A model generated the notes under the pieces. It was given only the letters and a program-made list of their open reading frames with translations, searched no databases and was not told where the DNA came from. Below are positions 62,011 through 64,000 of a stretch of DNA of 64,000 nucleotides, piece by piece. The stretch spans positions 101,386 through 165,385 of the forward strand of contig NZ_JANQNS010000003.1 in assembly GCF_028279465.1 (NCBI RefSeq), written 5' to 3'. Positions within the stretch are counted from its first letter, which is position 1; each line of letters opens with the position of its first letter. Made by a program: the position numbers and the translations under genes. This DNA is from Parasphingopyxis sp. Lineage in GTDB: Bacteria > Pseudomonadota > Alphaproteobacteria > Sphingomonadales > Sphingomonadaceae.

Positions 62011-62982
62011 TTAACCGACTGCCAGTGACTTCCCGCGCCCCAAGCCGCGCCAGGAATTGTAGAAGGCATAGGTCAATTTGTAACAGGCCCAAGCGGCCGC
62101 ACCGCCAACGATGCCGTCGACCGCATAGTGCCAGCCCAGCGCTATCGACAGCAGGAAAATAAGGAAACCCGCCGCCGCAATCGGCACATTCCAGCGCGGT
62201 GCGATCTGCTGGACCGCCACAATCATCCACACGGTCGTCGTGATGTGCAGAGAGGGCATGGCGGAGATCCCCGCGCCAGCGCCGAAACCCTGGACCGAAT
62301 ACAGGCTCCACAGATAGGCGGCGACTTCGCGGGTTTGAGATACGGCGCCAAGATCGGCGAACCTGTCCCCATAGCCCATATCCGCGTAAAATATCGGGCC
62401 CGTCGCGGGCAGCATTATGTGAATGACCGGGCCGATGACCGACCACATGAGGAAATAGGTCAGCATAAGCGCCGATTTCTGCGGCGAGGGCCGCGCGGTC
62501 AGCACGAGCAGCAGTACGATGAGCATCATCACGAACCAGCCGCGATGATAGAAAAAGGCCATCGGCATGGTGTTGAGCCAGGTCAGGAAAACCCACGGAT
62601 CGTTGCCGAAAAACAGCCAATAGTCGATATCGGCGAGGAGCGGATCGGCCCAGAAGGGTACGAGATAGTTGAGCAGCGGCTTCGTCCACATGAAGGTAGT
62701 CATGTTCAGGCCGGCGATTACGATCCCAAGGGCTGGAATGCTGTAGCTGCGCCAGTTCAGGGCAATCGTCTCGCGGACATGCGCGACCGGGCTGTCAACG
62801 CCGGCCCGCATCATGGAGACAAGGCCGTAACCGCCGACCAGGACGCAAGCCGCCAGAACCCAGATCGGCAAGACTGCTATGGCAGGAAGAATGCCCGAAT
62901 AGCTTGGAATGAGCAGAATAGCGATCAGACCGGACATAATGGTCAGTGCTATGCTGGGCACCAGCCAGTCGAAATCACGCAT
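62011..62982 (-). CDS. PAP2 superfamily (PAP2_3/Aur1-like) membrane protein, paralog B
   Basis: SAMPSLH and WHYAVD motifs; shares WLFFG.D.WV and GP.FY blocks with paralog A. Confidence 0.6.
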   Translation of the reverse strand: MRDFDWLVPSIALTIMSGLIAILLIPSYSGILPAIAVLPIWVLAACVLVGGYGLVSMMRAGVDSPVAHVRETIALNWRSYSIPALGIVIAGLNMTTFMWTKPLLNYLVPFWADPLLADIDYWLFFGNDPWVFLTWLNTMPMAFFYHRGWFVMMLIVLLLVLTARPSPQKSALMLTYFLMWSVIGPVIHIMLPATGPIFYADMGYGDRFADLGAVSQTREVAAYLWSLYSVQGFGAGAGISAMPSLHITTTVWMIVAVQQIAPRWNVPIAAAGFLIFLLSIALGWHYAVDGIVGGAAAWACYKLTYAFYNSWRGLGRGKSLAVG

Positions 62983-63084
62983 CGATCATTCCCCAACGAT
63001 TGCCCTGAAATCGGAGCTTAGCCTGTGATTTGTACCGATTTTCCGTCTTCGAGACGGTCTTAGGGGAATCGTGGAAAAATTTGG

Positions 63085-63813
63085 TTAACGACTTGATGTC
63101 GCTCGGCCGGGATTCTCTGCGAACAGCCATCCGCAGACGAACCCGGCCGCCAGTGCGCCCGCGAACTGGGCGATCAGGAACGGGCCGATATCGGCCGGCG
63201 CGATGCCGGCGAAGGTGTCGGAGAGGCCGCGCGCGACCGTGATCGCCGGATTGGCGAAACTCGTCGAACTCGTGAACCAGTAACCGGCGCTGATATAGAG
63301 GCCGACGGCGGGGGCGACCCAGCTCGGGCGGAAGCGGACCGCGCCGAGGATCGTGAAGATCAGGCCGAAGGTCGCGATCGCCTCGCCAGCCCATTGGCCG
63401 GTCCCCGTGCGCGTTTTCGTTGAGAATTGTAGGATGTCGAGATCGAACATCAGATGCGCGGCCCATACGCCAATGATCCCGCCCACAAGCTGGGCGAGGA
63501 CGTACAGCAAGGCCTCGCTCGCCGGCAGTTCGCGGCGGATGAAGGCGACGAGCGTGACCGCCGGGTTGAAATGCGCGCCGGAGAGCGGCGCGAGCGCGAG
63601 GATGATGACGAACAGGATCGCGCCGGTCGCGAGCGTGTTGCCGAGCAGCGCGATGGCGACGTTCCCGCCGGACAGCGTGTCGCCCATGATGCCCGAGCCG
63701 ATCACCGTGCAGAACAGGAAGAAAGAGCCGATGGCTTCAGCGGCGAGGCGGCGCGGCAGACCGGGATGGTCCGTGGCGCGCGGCTGCTCGTCGCGGATCA
63801 TGTCTTCAGACAA
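63085..63813 (-). CDS. MIP family channel (aquaporin/aquaglyceroporin, AqpS-like)
   Basis: Two NPA motifs (HFNPAVT, FANPAIT); TTG start overlaps upstream arsC stop. Confidence 0.85.
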   Translation of the reverse strand: MSEDMIRDEQPRATDHPGLPRRLAAEAIGSFFLFCTVIGSGIMGDTLSGGNVAIALLGNTLATGAILFVIILALAPLSGAHFNPAVTLVAFIRRELPASEALLYVLAQLVGGIIGVWAAHLMFDLDILQFSTKTRTGTGQWAGEAIATFGLIFTILGAVRFRPSWVAPAVGLYISAGYWFTSSTSFANPAITVARGLSDTFAGIAPADIGPFLIAQFAGALAAGFVCGWLFAENPGRATSSR

Positions 63814-64000
63814 TGGTCGATCCTTCGCTCTTGCCGATATCGGCGAGTTTCCCGGTCAGCGCGTCGCGGTCGAGGCTATCATGCGGCAGCGCGAGAAAAG
63901 CGTCGATGCGCATTTCGAGAAGGCGCAGGGCCTCTTCGAATGCGGCGCGCTGGCCATCGCCTTCGATCGCCGCTGGGTCGGCGATCCCCCAATGGGCGCT
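63806..64000 (-). CDS. arsC: arsenate reductase (LMW phosphatase family ArsC), 5' end outside window
   Basis: Hand-translated C-terminus ...DPAAIEGDGQRAAFEEALRLLEMRIDAFLALPHDSL... matches the LMWP-type ArsC tail. Confidence 0.55.
   Translation of the reverse strand, partial: SAHWGIADPAAIEGDGQRAAFEEALRLLEMRIDAFLALPHDSLDRDALTGKLADIGKSEGSTIV

Noticed and set aside
61951-62689. N-terminal 246-aa extension of the ORF-track ORF 60899..62689
   Set aside because: The upstream portion is Arg/Gly-rich with no TM helices and runs into the neighbouring paralog. The real PAP2 protein most likely starts at MGITAANF (61951).
1-64000. CRISPR arrays, rRNA operons, integrase/transposase genes
   Set aside because: No short direct-repeat/spacer periodicity. 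No rRNA-like conserved stretches. No ORF with DDE transposase or tyrosine recombinase motifs was recognisable. The mobile-element calls rest only on repeats.

Overview
This is a high-GC (~65%) alphaproteobacterial chromosomal segment, Sphingomonadaceae-like in codon usage and gene content, with about 70 protein-coding genes. Most are housekeeping: infC, thrS, an Rrf2-regulated suf operon (sufB, an extra ORF, sufC, sufD, sufS, sufT, sufA), pyrD, ggt, argH, lysA, galU, dapD, argB, folD, gluQ, egtB-egtD and hbd. Several accessory-looking patches interrupt this backbone. A lower-GC cluster between infC and thrS encodes an ASST-like protein, two small membrane proteins, a PAPS-type sulfotransferase and a GT-C glycosyltransferase. 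A PAPS-reductase/TtuA-like PP-loop protein is translationally coupled to egtB-egtD. A GT-C membrane protein, GtrA and two tandem PAP2-like paralogs sit next to an arsC-aquaporin pair. A subtilase autotransporter lies next to a tRNA-Asn gene, a tRNA-Pro-like fragment and a 266-bp MITE-like element flanked by TA. Three copies of a long palindromic extragenic repeat, plus one G-rich palindromic element, are scattered through the window. No CRISPR array or rRNA was seen. Coordinates follow the supplied ORF track; start codons are inferred and may be off by a few codons.
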